A stretch of DNA of 64,000 nt, taken from a virus (taxonomy: Duplodnaviria > Heunggongvirae > Uroviricota > Caudoviricetes). The stretch is taken from the IMG/VR virus record IMGVR_UViG_3300043172_000799, positions 92,944 to 156,943 of that record. The stretch is one strand, 5' to 3'. Below are positions 44,165-54,135 of the stretch, piece after piece. A program made the position numbers and the translations under genes. The notes beneath the pieces were generated by a model that was given only the letters and a program-made list of their open reading frames with translations, had not been told where the DNA came from and did not search any database. The first letter of the stretch is position 1. The number at the start of each line of letters is the position of its first letter.

Positions 44165-46960
44165 TTATGCACTTTCTTCATAGTCCCATTCATATCCGTA
44201 ACTCCTTATCAATTCTGCCTCTTTCTTTTCATCATCCCAATCTTTATCAGCATAAATATGATCATACCAATTCCCATTATCATAGTATTCTACATCCGCT
44301 TTCATGGTATGTATAACCCATCTGTGTTTCTTCATTAGATATGTAGTCATATAATAAACAACTTTCTCACGCAAACCCTTCCCTATCCATTCAGATAGAT
44401 CTTCTGGTGTATCAAAGTATATAGCATCATGAATCTGGGCTACTATTTTTGTCTTTAACTTGTTTTTATCTATATATTCTTGTATTTTAGTTTGTGCCTG
44501 AAGAATAAGATGAAAAGCAGGTCCTTGTATCACGTAATTGTTACACTGATTTCTATTCATAACTGTAGTTGAATAGAAGCCTGTTGCTAATTTTGTTCTC
44601 ATATTTTTTACATAATTTTTCCAGTTATCTTTTCTCCATTGTCCAAACTCTCCATAATTATCCTCCCAGTACCAATCACACACAGTTTTTATATGCTCTG
44701 TAAATTTCTTTTCTGTATCTATTTTAGACTCTTTGAAATATTGTTTGTGGTATTCCTGTAGATGTTTATTGTACACTGTTGGACCTATACTGAGATATAT
44801 ATCTCCAAATTGTAATGAAAAGGACATACCATTTTTACCTATATACCTAAGATCTTTCCACATATGAGCTTCCGTGTCATTTTTAGCATCATAATTTCCC
44901 ATTTCTTTTTTAATCTCTATCATGTCTTTAGATACTTGAGACAATTCCCCCATAAACAATTTTTCAGCTAAGCCAAGATGCATATCTAATCCTTCCTCTA
45001 ATTGTTTGAGCATGGTTTTATCATGATGTACAGAACACCCTACACCCACTTCTAAACTACTTGCATCTGCTCCTATGATTCTGTTTCCTTCTGAAGACAT
45101 TAAGAAAGACTTTGACATCTCTGCTGCAAATGGATCATGTTGACTTTGATTCTGCCAGTTTGGATTTTGAGAAGATCCTCTATAACTTTTTGGTATATTC
45201 AAAGAGAACATAGGGTATATGTGCCCTTCTACCATTTCTCTTCTAACACCTTTCAAATCTTGTGTTAATTTTATCAATTTAGCAAGCTCCAAGTACATTT
45301 TCAAAAACTCAGATAACGGAGCTATGTCTTTTAGCTCTTTAGCTTCTGTTGAATATTGATCCCCTCCTGTTTTTTTTGTTTTAGGTAATCTCAAAATATT
45401 AAAAAGAAAATCCGACAATTGTTTGCCAGAACTATAGTTGAACTCTGTATCTCTATTCTCATACCACTTATCAATTTCTGGACAATTTTTAATATTGTAT
45501 TGCAATTTGACTATTTTCTTTTCTAATATCATTTCATTTTTTATCAATCTTTCTTCATCTATTCTAAACCCATTCTCCATCATTCTACAAAAAGATAACA
45601 TACCATCATGAAATAAGTGAAAACCCTTCATCAAATGTGGATCACCTTCTATTTGTGGCCTCTGCCATTCATAAAGATGATATGTAAAATGGCTATCTTT
45701 TGCACAATATAAACACATATCCTTTAAATCCATAAGATGCATTGTATTGAAGCCATTTGCACCATATAATGCTTTCTCTTCTTTTGTAGATTTAATATAA
45801 CTATCTGCCATACTATCATATCCTAGAATTCCAAATCTCATATATGTCTGTACTTTTAAACCTGTGATATTAGATCTATTATCCAAAATGTGAGAAACTA
45901 GCATTGTGTCCCATACAAAGTTTTCAGATCTGTATCCAAATATGGAAATACTAGCTTGATACTCATATGCCATATTGTGTGATATTTTTCCAACCCTATT
46001 AGATTGAAGCAATCTCTTTAGATTATCCATAAATGGTTTGTTGTCATAGAATATAGGAAAACCATAAGATACAATACCATTACTAAAGGACACACAATAT
46101 ATTTTATGTCCTTTTTTTTGTAATTTTATACCACTTGCCTCATAGTCAAAAGATACTAAACTTTCCTTTTGCATACATTTCAGAACATGAGTAGCATCCT
46201 CCTCATGCATTACGGTACAACACTCTGACTCATATGTATCTTTTCTAAATTCTTTTTTTGATAATATATTTTTTAAATATTTTATAAAGAATTTTTCCTT
46301 TAATATAAAATCATCATACTCACATAATTTTTCATTCTTCCATAAAACAATTTTATCATCAGAACTTTTCCATTTCCCCCATTTTTTCAAGGAGTCTCTT
46401 CTTTTTTTAAGAGGCTGGAGTACAAAATTAATGTCATAATTTGGCATAACTAGCTTATGCAATTCTTGATCTGGTATTATAGTTCCATAGAACTTTTCTG
46501 TAGGTTTAAGGCTCATCCTTCCATTACATCTATCCCCTAAAAGAATCTCTAAAGGAAGTTCTCCTAGTGTTATTATTTTTTTAGGATTTAATTGCTTGAT
46601 TGTTTTATGCAATTTGTATTTGCAACTATTTATAATCTGAGTACTAGGTCCTCCCCAGTCCTCAGAAAAACATCTCACAGAAGGCACATACCAGCAATCT
46701 CTTTCTAAGTCAATATTAATTTTCTGTAAAGCATGTTTTAAATATTTCCCTTGTATATTACTTAAAAGTTTTCCAGATTGGTCTTCCCTTTCACTTGGAG
46801 GTGCTCCCACAATTAAGATGGATTTATCTCCGTTACCTACCACTCCTAGTTTTGGATTTTGGCAGTCCATATAAGCTTTACAACTTTCACAGCCTCCAAT
46901 TTTCTTTTTATTAACTTTCTTTCTAACTATTTCTTTTTCTATTTCAAAGAATCCTCGCAT
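44165..46960 (-). CDS. family A DNA polymerase with N-terminal family-4 UDG-like domain
   Basis: N-terminus 'GCESCKAYMDC...ILIVGAPPSEREDQSGKLL...SVRCF...IITLGELPLEIL' fits the UDG family 4 layout (GCxxC...GEAPGxxED..G.pF...N.vkCrPP). Motif A-like 'GADASSLEVGVGCSVHHD'. Motif B-like 'RYIGKNGMSFSLQFG'. Motif C 'VAQIHDAIYFD'. Confidence 0.8.
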   Translation of the reverse strand: MRGFFEIEKEIVRKKVNKKKIGGCESCKAYMDCQNPKLGVVGNGDKSILIVGAPPSEREDQSGKLLSNIQGKYLKHALQKINIDLERDCWYVPSVRCFSEDWGGPSTQIINSCKYKLHKTIKQLNPKKIITLGELPLEILLGDRCNGRMSLKPTEKFYGTIIPDQELHKLVMPNYDINFVLQPLKKRRDSLKKWGKWKSSDDKIVLWKNEKLCEYDDFILKEKFFIKYLKNILSKKEFRKDTYESECCTVMHEEDATHVLKCMQKESLVSFDYEASGIKLQKKGHKIYCVSFSNGIVSYGFPIFYDNKPFMDNLKRLLQSNRVGKISHNMAYEYQASISIFGYRSENFVWDTMLVSHILDNRSNITGLKVQTYMRFGILGYDSMADSYIKSTKEEKALYGANGFNTMHLMDLKDMCLYCAKDSHFTYHLYEWQRPQIEGDPHLMKGFHLFHDGMLSFCRMMENGFRIDEERLIKNEMILEKKIVKLQYNIKNCPEIDKWYENRDTEFNYSSGKQLSDFLFNILRLPKTKKTGGDQYSTEAKELKDIAPLSEFLKMYLELAKLIKLTQDLKGVRREMVEGHIYPMFSLNIPKSYRGSSQNPNWQNQSQHDPFAAEMSKSFLMSSEGNRIIGADASSLEVGVGCSVHHDKTMLKQLEEGLDMHLGLAEKLFMGELSQVSKDMIEIKKEMGNYDAKNDTEAHMWKDLRYIGKNGMSFSLQFGDIYLSIGPTVYNKHLQEYHKQYFKESKIDTEKKFTEHIKTVCDWYWEDNYGEFGQWRKDNWKNYVKNMRTKLATGFYSTTVMNRNQCNNYVIQGPAFHLILQAQTKIQEYIDKNKLKTKIVAQIHDAIYFDTPEDLSEWIGKGLREKVVYYMTTYLMKKHRWVIHTMKADVEYYDNGNWYDHIYADKDWDDEKKEAELIRSYGYEWDYEESA

Positions 46961-47118
46961 TAATACCCCACTTTATTCAGTGCCTCTGTAGCTATGTTAT
47001 ACACTTCGTCTTTTTCATGCTCAGGGATAAGCTTATTCCTTCTAATCTTTCGTATTTCCATAAGAGCCGTTCGTAAACATGTCACTTTTTCTTTTTCAAA
47101 AAGCATTTCTAATCCCAT

Positions 47119-47598
47119 TTATTCCTCCCTCATTTCATCCCAACTATCCTGTCCCTTCTTATGTCTCATATTCAAATATCTATGCATTATCTTAGTATTA
47201 ATAAACTTAAGATTCTGTGTAGTCAATGGTTCTTTCCATAAAACAGGGGCATTTTTAACAGTAGTAAGACCGTATTTATTACATGTGATCAATCCTGCAT
47301 ACTCTGGGACATCTTCTACAGAAATATCAAATCCATAACACACATAGTAAAAGTGCTTTGGCTTTATACTCATTTTATCACTGCGGTCAAGAAATAATTG
47401 ATGCCTTTTCTTTTTGAAATCTGCCTTAAAATCTGCCTTGCTACATTTTATTTCATAAAAATATGCCCTATTAGTAGATGTAAGATAAAGGGCATCAACT
47501 TCCGACCCACCATGTTCATCTGTATGTACATTTGGAATGACTGTCTTAAAATTATGATGACAATACAGCATGTACTGTATTGCACTTTCCTTATTCAT
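47119..47598 (-). CDS. putative PD-(D/E)xK nuclease
   Basis: 'GSEVDALYLTSTNRAYFYEIKCS' gives a D-x17-E-x-K arrangement. Confidence 0.4.
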   Translation of the reverse strand: MNKESAIQYMLYCHHNFKTVIPNVHTDEHGGSEVDALYLTSTNRAYFYEIKCSKADFKADFKKKRHQLFLDRSDKMSIKPKHFYYVCYGFDISVEDVPEYAGLITCNKYGLTTVKNAPVLWKEPLTTQNLKFINTKIMHRYLNMRHKKGQDSWDEMREE

Positions 47599-48875
47599 GC
47601 CATTCTTTCTCCATCATAGATGTACTTCAAAGTAGGAAATCTCAAACTGATTCCACCCTTTTCATTAGTTGTCTCCTCAAAATATTGTACAGTTATTGTC
47701 TTCCCAAGTATTTTACGAGGATCAGCATAGAATGCTTTCCTCTGATCGAGTGAGAATCCAGAGCCTACTTTTACATCAAATCCTTTATGGGTAATATGGA
47801 CTGCTGTGAGAGTTTCAATCTCTTTACGCTCACCATCTTCCACAACCTGATACATTCCCTTTTCAATTGAGTTAACTACGTATTCAGCATCAAAAAACTT
47901 CTTTACTTTGAGAAGATCGTTACTTCTTTTCCCTTTGTAGATAGTATCTCTTCGTAGAATTAATCCTTCCCATCCATTATCGGTGGCTTTCTTCTGCATC
48001 TCAGCAAAGGTATCTTCATTCATTTTTACTTGTTCTAGTACATCTAAATGTAAGTTCTGGTCAGCAAAATACTCATTTAATTTTTCTAATCGTTTTGACA
48101 ATATGCGTTTAGAAGTTTTGCTTTCAAACTCTTCAATGGTGAGCATATCAAAAATCTTATATTTGGGATTTGGGATAGTAAAATCTTTTTTCTTATACAC
48201 TTTCATGATTGCAGTGAAGTCTTCTTTTCCCTCTGCATCTACAATACACAATTCCCCATCTAATACAAAATTAGATTTATAGTTCAAGTTTAAGATAGCA
48301 TTTTTAATTTTATCTAATGTAAGGAACTCTTTTCCTTTTCTGGAATAGAATCTAACGTCATTTCCATTTTTAATACAAATACAACGTAGACCATCAAGCT
48401 TATGTGAGCCATAGTATTCTTCTTTATTAATCTTTCCTGATACCTTGTCATAGGAATTTGCCAGTGCTACATCAAATTTTGGGATGAGATTCTTAAATAC
48501 CTTATTGATATTGGAAGTTCCCATTCCAATCATTAAATCTTTGTCAATTATCTTAAGGATAATGTCTTCGTATTCTGGGTAATATGATATAAAGCCTTTT
48601 ACGGATGACACAGCCTTGTGACCTGTGATATTACCATTAGCTAAAGCATCCAATAATACAAATATATCACTGTAACTCTTGATAGCTGGTACATCTACTA
48701 ATTTACTAATTCTGGCAGAGGTTATTCCATACATCTTAAACTCATTATAGATGTAATGCAGTATTTGCTTACACTCAGGATGTTCTGCTAATGTTTTCAT
48801 TTTATCATTTGACCCATTTGTTTTGTTTAGTTCTTCAATTAATATTCTTGTTTGTTGTAATATTTCTTTACTCAC
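47595..48875 (-). CDS. ATP-dependent DNA ligase
   Basis: Motif I 'SHKLDGLRCICIK' (KxDGxR). Motif V-like 'EGLILRRDTIYKGKRSNDLLKVKKF'. Confidence 0.75.
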   Translation of the reverse strand: MSKEILQQTRILIEELNKTNGSNDKMKTLAEHPECKQILHYIYNEFKMYGITSARISKLVDVPAIKSYSDIFVLLDALANGNITGHKAVSSVKGFISYYPEYEDIILKIIDKDLMIGMGTSNINKVFKNLIPKFDVALANSYDKVSGKINKEEYYGSHKLDGLRCICIKNGNDVRFYSRKGKEFLTLDKIKNAILNLNYKSNFVLDGELCIVDAEGKEDFTAIMKVYKKKDFTIPNPKYKIFDMLTIEEFESKTSKRILSKRLEKLNEYFADQNLHLDVLEQVKMNEDTFAEMQKKATDNGWEGLILRRDTIYKGKRSNDLLKVKKFFDAEYVVNSIEKGMYQVVEDGERKEIETLTAVHITHKGFDVKVGSGFSLDQRKAFYADPRKILGKTITVQYFEETTNEKGGISLRFPTLKYIYDGERMA

Positions 48876-49204
48876 TTTTTCTCCTCTTGTAAAAACTCTA
48901 CCAGTTTTATCATATCAGATGTAGTCATCCAACTATCATTTAACACATCTTCCACTCTCTCACATAGATATTTTATTTCTTCATTGCTTTCTGTCATGCA
49001 AACTACAACTTTTGATTCCTGTCTACTTCTTCTCCCATAATACTCTCTTGTTATAAGATTTTCAAGTAAAGAAACTTTATGTTTTTTACCAGATTCTATT
49101 CTGTTTTTAAGTTCTTCCTCGGCAGATTTACAAAATAATTGTAGGTCATAGTTGCTCATGTCATTTAGTACTAGCTTACGTTTTAGCTTCTCAATTACTT
49201 TCAT
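48872..49204 (-). CDS. hypothetical protein
   Basis: 110-aa ORF. Confidence 0.3.
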   Translation of the reverse strand: MKVIEKLKRKLVLNDMSNYDLQLFCKSAEEELKNRIESGKKHKVSLLENLITREYYGRRSRQESKVVVCMTESNEEIKYLCERVEDVLNDSWMTTSDMIKLVEFLQEEKK

Positions 49205-49689
49205 TCATCCTCCCACATATCTAATCTACCAGCATAAGGACTGGAGTTTGGTTTTGGGGCTATATTCAATGGTCTAAAGCCTTTCTCCACCATTTTCTGT
49301 ATCCTGCCTTCTATTCTATTTGGTTTGTGCATTACATTATCCTCAAGAACATTGAAAACTCCTTCTTCAATGTTCTTGATGGCATCTTCAATAAGCTCAA
49401 CTACTCCCTCTCTTGGGGAATAGTAAATTCCACAAATGTCAATATCAACGTTGGCTACTACTCTTTTTAACGAGGATCTGTATCTCTTTGTACTGGAGTT
49501 GTCTCTTAGCCTTAACAGTACATGTCTTGGGTTTATATTGATTATGTGTATCTTAATTTTTCCATATTCCATTATGAAAGGATTACTGAACAAACCCTCA
49601 CCATGATACAGTTCATCCATCTCTTCTATAGTATCTCCATTAGTGTACTTGTGTAATCCTAGGAATGACAGTGTGTCATTAATAGACAT
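49201..49689 (-). CDS. hypothetical protein
   Basis: 162-aa ORF. An upstream 55-codon ORF (49857..49690) in another frame abuts it, which could reflect a frameshift or a separate miniprotein. Confidence 0.35.
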   Translation of the reverse strand: MSINDTLSFLGLHKYTNGDTIEEMDELYHGEGLFSNPFIMEYGKIKIHIININPRHVLLRLRDNSSTKRYRSSLKRVVANVDIDICGIYYSPREGVVELIEDAIKNIEEGVFNVLEDNVMHKPNRIEGRIQKMVEKGFRPLNIAPKPNSSPYAGRLDMWEDE

Positions 49690-50085
49690 ACTGAAGCCAA
49701 CTATATCAATATCATTAATGGGATTCCCTGCAATAGAGTCTCTGACAGCTCCTCCAAAATACTAAGGCATCTGTATTACCTAAAATTTCCTGAATTGTCA
49801 CCCCAGACTCTTTAAGGTATTCGTTTATTTTATCTTCTACTTTTCTTGTATAATCCATATTTTTCTCCTTTCAAAAGTAAAATTACTAAAACCATTCCAG
49901 TATGTCTTTGGTGAACAACTCTGTGTTTCCCGACTCTAAGATTGGTTTTCCATTGTATTTAAATTCTTTGTTATCTCTAATAATGGATTGCTCTAGTGTG
50001 TATGTCTCTCGCCCTATCATCTTAACTGTAAGTACACCCTATCCAAAAATTCAGATTGCATTAATTTTCTAGGCATAGATCCTCT

Positions 50086-51483
50086 TTAAAATGGTATTTC
50101 ATCAAAGGAATTACTCTCATCAAAAATATCTATATTTTCTATTTCTGCTTCTCCATCATCAAATGTTTTCATAAATTCCAAAACATAGGGATTTATTTTA
50201 ATATCGTCATGATGTATGCTTCTCTTCAACCCAACTTTATCAAAATCCCTAAATCTACTTAGTGCTACATATACTAAGTGCTCTGCAAAGACACTAACAC
50301 TTGCAAAATCCACATAACCATCATTAAATGTCAGACCTTGTGCCTTCCAAGGAGTTAAAGCATATGCAATTTTTAAAGGGTATTGTGAAAATACTCCCTT
50401 CTTCTGTTTGGTAATACTTCCTTTAATTAAAGTGTATCTATATTCCTCAAAATTATACCTAGCTACAACTACCTTATTCTCATCTATTATTACCTGGATC
50501 TCCTGATTATTTAACATCTTATCAAATATGCCAAGAGTTCCATTTTGGTAACGACCACTAGGATCATTTGTCAGAAGCATAATCTTGCACCCTTCCCGTA
50601 GACATAGTCTAGACGGTGCTGGTATGTGCTTATGATTTATATCTCCAATAATTCTTGCAGATAGTATTATCTCAGGTTTTTCTATCTTTGACAACTCCAT
50701 CTGGTTGATTTCGTCTACCAGATTGTTGAATGGTGCTAAGCAAATGCTGTTATTAAATTTAGCTTTAAATCTCCTATATGGTTGTCTATTCCCATTTATA
50801 TAGGTTAGATCCTTGTCTGTTTGATCCCCAACTCTAATTCTATTTAAAATATCCTTAAACTCAGAATCTTCCTGTCTGTATATTTTGCTGAATTTAACTT
50901 TAGAAAACTCACTACTATGCTTTTTATAACACTCACTATTAAAGAAGAATGGGTTTGCCCCATACCTATTAGTATAGAATGCTTGTTCCTCTTTTGAAGA
51001 TCCAATTATCGGAGTCAACTGATAATAGTCACCAGAGAGGATCAAAGTTATTCCCCCAAATAATTTTGTATTGCCTTTAGCTTTCTGACACAGTAGATTC
51101 ATAGCATCAAAGTGACTCCCTGTAGTCATGCTTACTTCATCCATGATTATAACCTCTACTCTTTCTAATACTCCTCTCACATTTGGATATAATCCAAAAT
51201 CTTCTGGTCTTTTTGGATGTATGCCCAAGCCAAAAGTACTGTGCATTGTTGCACCTTTTATGTTGACAGCAGCAATTCCTGTTGGGGCAATTAAAATCAC
51301 CTGAGTTTTATTCTCTTTGAATATTGCTGTTATGAGGTGGATGAACTCTGATTTACCTGATCCGGCTTCCCCCGTAATTATTACATTTCTTTTCTTTTCA
51401 TAAATACTATTGAGAGCCTTTTCCCAATCCTCATTTATATCTAAGTAGCTGAATTTCTTAGGGATCTGTATCTGCACTAACAT
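50086..51483 (-). CDS. SF1 DNA helicase, Dda/Pif1/RecD-like
   Basis: 'NVIITGEAGSGKSEFIHLITAIF...VILIAPTGIAAVNIKGATMHSTFGL' gives helicase motifs I and Ia as in T4 Dda/Pif1. Confidence 0.8.
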   Translation of the reverse strand: MLVQIQIPKKFSYLDINEDWEKALNSIYEKKRNVIITGEAGSGKSEFIHLITAIFKENKTQVILIAPTGIAAVNIKGATMHSTFGLGIHPKRPEDFGLYPNVRGVLERVEVIIMDEVSMTTGSHFDAMNLLCQKAKGNTKLFGGITLILSGDYYQLTPIIGSSKEEQAFYTNRYGANPFFFNSECYKKHSSEFSKVKFSKIYRQEDSEFKDILNRIRVGDQTDKDLTYINGNRQPYRRFKAKFNNSICLAPFNNLVDEINQMELSKIEKPEIILSARIIGDINHKHIPAPSRLCLREGCKIMLLTNDPSGRYQNGTLGIFDKMLNNQEIQVIIDENKVVVARYNFEEYRYTLIKGSITKQKKGVFSQYPLKIAYALTPWKAQGLTFNDGYVDFASVSVFAEHLVYVALSRFRDFDKVGLKRSIHHDDIKINPYVLEFMKTFDDGEAEIENIDIFDESNSFDEIPF

Positions 51484-51630
51484 CCTCCACTATCTTCTTC
51501 CATTGTCTTTTAATATGCCATTTCAGTAAGTAATGTGCCAATATTGTCAACCCAATTACTGTGAGACATAACAAGATAAACATCTGTGCCCAAATAGGAT
51601 AAATGTCCCAATCACAATCCCATGGGAGTA

Positions 51631-52023
51631 TCATGTAATACCTCTATTATAGAATAATATTAGTCCTGCAATTATAGCATTTTCTTCATTGTCCAAATCT
51701 TTATAGAAATAAGTAACATCTTCTTCATCATGATCTAGGTAGCATTGCACACAATCCCCTTCAATATTTATCCAATTAGCAGAAGATATTTTATTTAGCC
51801 CTAAAACTGCTTTGAAAAGAAGTAGGGGAAAATAAGTCTCATCTTCCAATATATCTTGATAACTCCCAAATATATACTCTTCATTATAGAATAGTCCTTC
51901 CATCTTATTTTCTATTTCTATTCTAAATTCTTCTGTTAAATTTATTGCCCACTTAAGTAAATCATCTGTCATTGTTTTTCTCCTCTGGTTTGCCATGATG
52001 GTTGGTGACGATAGGTAGGTCAA
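51631..52023 (-). CDS. hypothetical protein
   Basis: 130-aa ORF. Confidence 0.3.
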   Translation of the reverse strand: MTYLSSPTIMANQRRKTMTDDLLKWAINLTEEFRIEIENKMEGLFYNEEYIFGSYQDILEDETYFPLLLFKAVLGLNKISSANWINIEGDCVQCYLDHDEEDVTYFYKDLDNEENAIIAGLILFYNRGIT

Positions 52024-52366
52024 TCACATATATCTTATTTTTTGAATTGGTGCTTTTTACTGCATAATAACGATATAATTGATATTCTATTCTATAATTA
52101 GACCAAACAATAGTAAGCCCATCATTAGGATAAATATCCCCTGTTCGATCTTCCCATTGATCTACTGTTTCGTGTTTGGGTTGGTTTAGAGTTATCCTAT
52201 AGCAAGAGGAGAATCCTCTCCATTGGGCTGTCGTATTCCTGCATTGATATTCTAACACTGGATCTTCACCATAATACATATAGTCTTCACCATCAAAATC
52301 CAGAAAATCAGGGACTCTAAATCTTTTCTCAAACGCTTGTTTTGCTTCTCTTAATTTCTCATTCAT
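51962..52366 (-). CDS. hypothetical protein containing a 'PKHETVDQWEDR' motif
   Basis: Shares the KHETV(D/E)(Q/E)WE motif with 7702..8202. Confidence 0.35.
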   Translation of the reverse strand: MNEKLREAKQAFEKRFRVPDFLDFDGEDYMYYGEDPVLEYQCRNTTAQWRGFSSCYRITLNQPKHETVDQWEDRTGDIYPNDGLTIVWSNYRIEYQLYRYYAVKSTNSKNKIYVIDLPIVTNHHGKPEEKNNDR

Positions 52367-53431
52367 TTAGTCCCCCAAATTTTTTATCACAATAATCCTC
52401 TCTATACTATCTTCAACATTACAGCAGTATAGCATTCTATCCAGTACATTAAAGTAATCAAACTTCTCATATAATAATTTCATATAATCAACGTTTATTT
52501 CAAATTGCTCTGCTTCTCCGGCATTATACTTCTCTAAAGTAATAGAAGCTTTTGTTTCCTGTGTACCATCATTTCCCTTTGCTAGAATCAACAGTCTATG
52601 ACTACTAATAATATCTACCAATACTTTTTTATCTAGAGTTTTGTAATCTAGTAAAAAAGAGTCAATAAAATCAATGTCTTCTTCTTTATTCATATAAATA
52701 GAATAACCATAATCCATATCTTCATTAGCACTCTCCATGTAGTCTTCATATCCAAAAATATTATTTATATCATTCCTACAAATTAGTTCATAGTTGTCTT
52801 TACTAAAGGATAAGATATCTTCAGAACATCCATACTTGGTAAAAGCATTATCTAATACATGCTTCAAGATATCCCACCTAATGGCAAATCTGCCGGAGAA
52901 ATCCTCATCATTAAATTCCATCCTTGTTATATTGTATCTGTCCGATGAAACAACGTATCCATTCTCAAAGATAATATTTTTACAACTTTTGTCATTTTTA
53001 TCATACATACAATATGTTTTGAATAAGTAATCGAGATTAGCTGGAAGGATATTATTACTAGTTAGTTCTATTTCTAGTTTTTTAATATCAGACATGCGAT
53101 CAGATATGGCAAAAGTATTAGAGGATCTTCCATTTCTTACGCAAAAAGTAGTTCCAACCTGCTTTACATTAATTTCTTCTTTCTTAATCTTTTTAATAAG
53201 AGTGAATAGTTCTTTTGCAGGAATGGCAATCTCCTCATCAATAATTTCAAAGTCATCTGCAAGAGACCCAACATACTTATGTCTGTAAATAAGTGTATCT
53301 GAATATGCCCAAATTACACCTTGATGGGTGTTGAAGTAAATATAGTTGGAATCCTCAATGTAATTGTTTGACATAAAAACAAATTTGAGGTGATCCAAAA
53401 TATCTAGAAGTGTTTTTGTTTTAATTTTCAT
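52367..53431 (-). CDS. possible sliding clamp (DnaN/gp45-like)
   Basis: 354 aa. N-terminus 'MKIKTKTLLDILDHLKFVF' resembles the first strand/helix of beta clamps. Clamp-like length. Partner clamp loader is present. No strong motif support. Confidence 0.35.
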   Translation of the reverse strand: MKIKTKTLLDILDHLKFVFMSNNYIEDSNYIYFNTHQGVIWAYSDTLIYRHKYVGSLADDFEIIDEEIAIPAKELFTLIKKIKKEEINVKQVGTTFCVRNGRSSNTFAISDRMSDIKKLEIELTSNNILPANLDYLFKTYCMYDKNDKSCKNIIFENGYVVSSDRYNITRMEFNDEDFSGRFAIRWDILKHVLDNAFTKYGCSEDILSFSKDNYELICRNDINNIFGYEDYMESANEDMDYGYSIYMNKEEDIDFIDSFLLDYKTLDKKVLVDIISSHRLLILAKGNDGTQETKASITLEKYNAGEAEQFEINVDYMKLLYEKFDYFNVLDRMLYCCNVEDSIERIIVIKNLGD

Positions 53432-53696
53432 TCATTTCCTCTACATTGTTAAATGTATACGTTGTCTCTTCTACAAACTCTACAAATTTACCACCCCTTA
53501 TCTCAGAATGGTGGTTTGGTGTCACGTAGTATTCTGGGGACTTGGATCTATCTAGTTTTATATAGAAAAACCTTACCTTGTCAAAATCTCCAAAATCCTC
53601 ACAGTGGCTGTGACCATCAGAATATTGAACTCCCCAATATTTCCCATCACGAACTATCACAAATCCTTCTCTCTTATTTTTGATTATTTTATTCAT
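53421..53696 (-). CDS. hypothetical protein
   Basis: 91-aa ORF. Confidence 0.3.
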   Translation of the reverse strand: MNKIIKNKREGFVIVRDGKYWGVQYSDGHSHCEDFGDFDKVRFFYIKLDRSKSPEYYVTPNHHSEIRGGKFVEFVEETTYTFNNVEEMNEN

Positions 53697-53742
53697 TAAT
53701 ACTCCTCAAAAAATAGAGGGAAGCGAACCTCCCTCTATTACA

Positions 53743-54123
53743 CTACTTCAATTCATCCAGTTTCTTCTGTAGCTCTGCTTCAGTCATGGTTTCTAGAGCA
53801 TCATCCTGTTTCTTAGCTAGAATACCCATGATTTTTTCTCTCTCAGCTTTTCTAGAAGAAGCCTCTGCACGTGCATCTCTCTCAGCTTTCTTTGTCTCTA
53901 GTATACTCAGAACAATATCAAACCGAAGTTTGGTGGTTGCATCCTCTACACTTGTCTCTTCCAAAAAGTTTTCCTCGGAAGAGGCTTTAACTTCCTTATT
54001 CAAAGACACTGCTAGTTTGTTCAACTTTGACAGTGGCAGATCCCAAAGATCCTCCGTAACTATAACGCCTTTGTCTGTCACAAAGCTTAACTTCATTCTG
54101 CTTGCTTTTTCAAATTTACTCAT
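53743..54123 (-). CDS. hypothetical coiled-coil protein
   Basis: 126-aa ORF. Confidence 0.35.
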   Translation of the reverse strand: MSKFEKASRMKLSFVTDKGVIVTEDLWDLPLSKLNKLAVSLNKEVKASSEENFLEETSVEDATTKLRFDIVLSILETKKAERDARAEASSRKAEREKIMGILAKKQDDALETMTEAELQKKLDELK

Positions 54124-54135
54124 CTATATTTCTCC

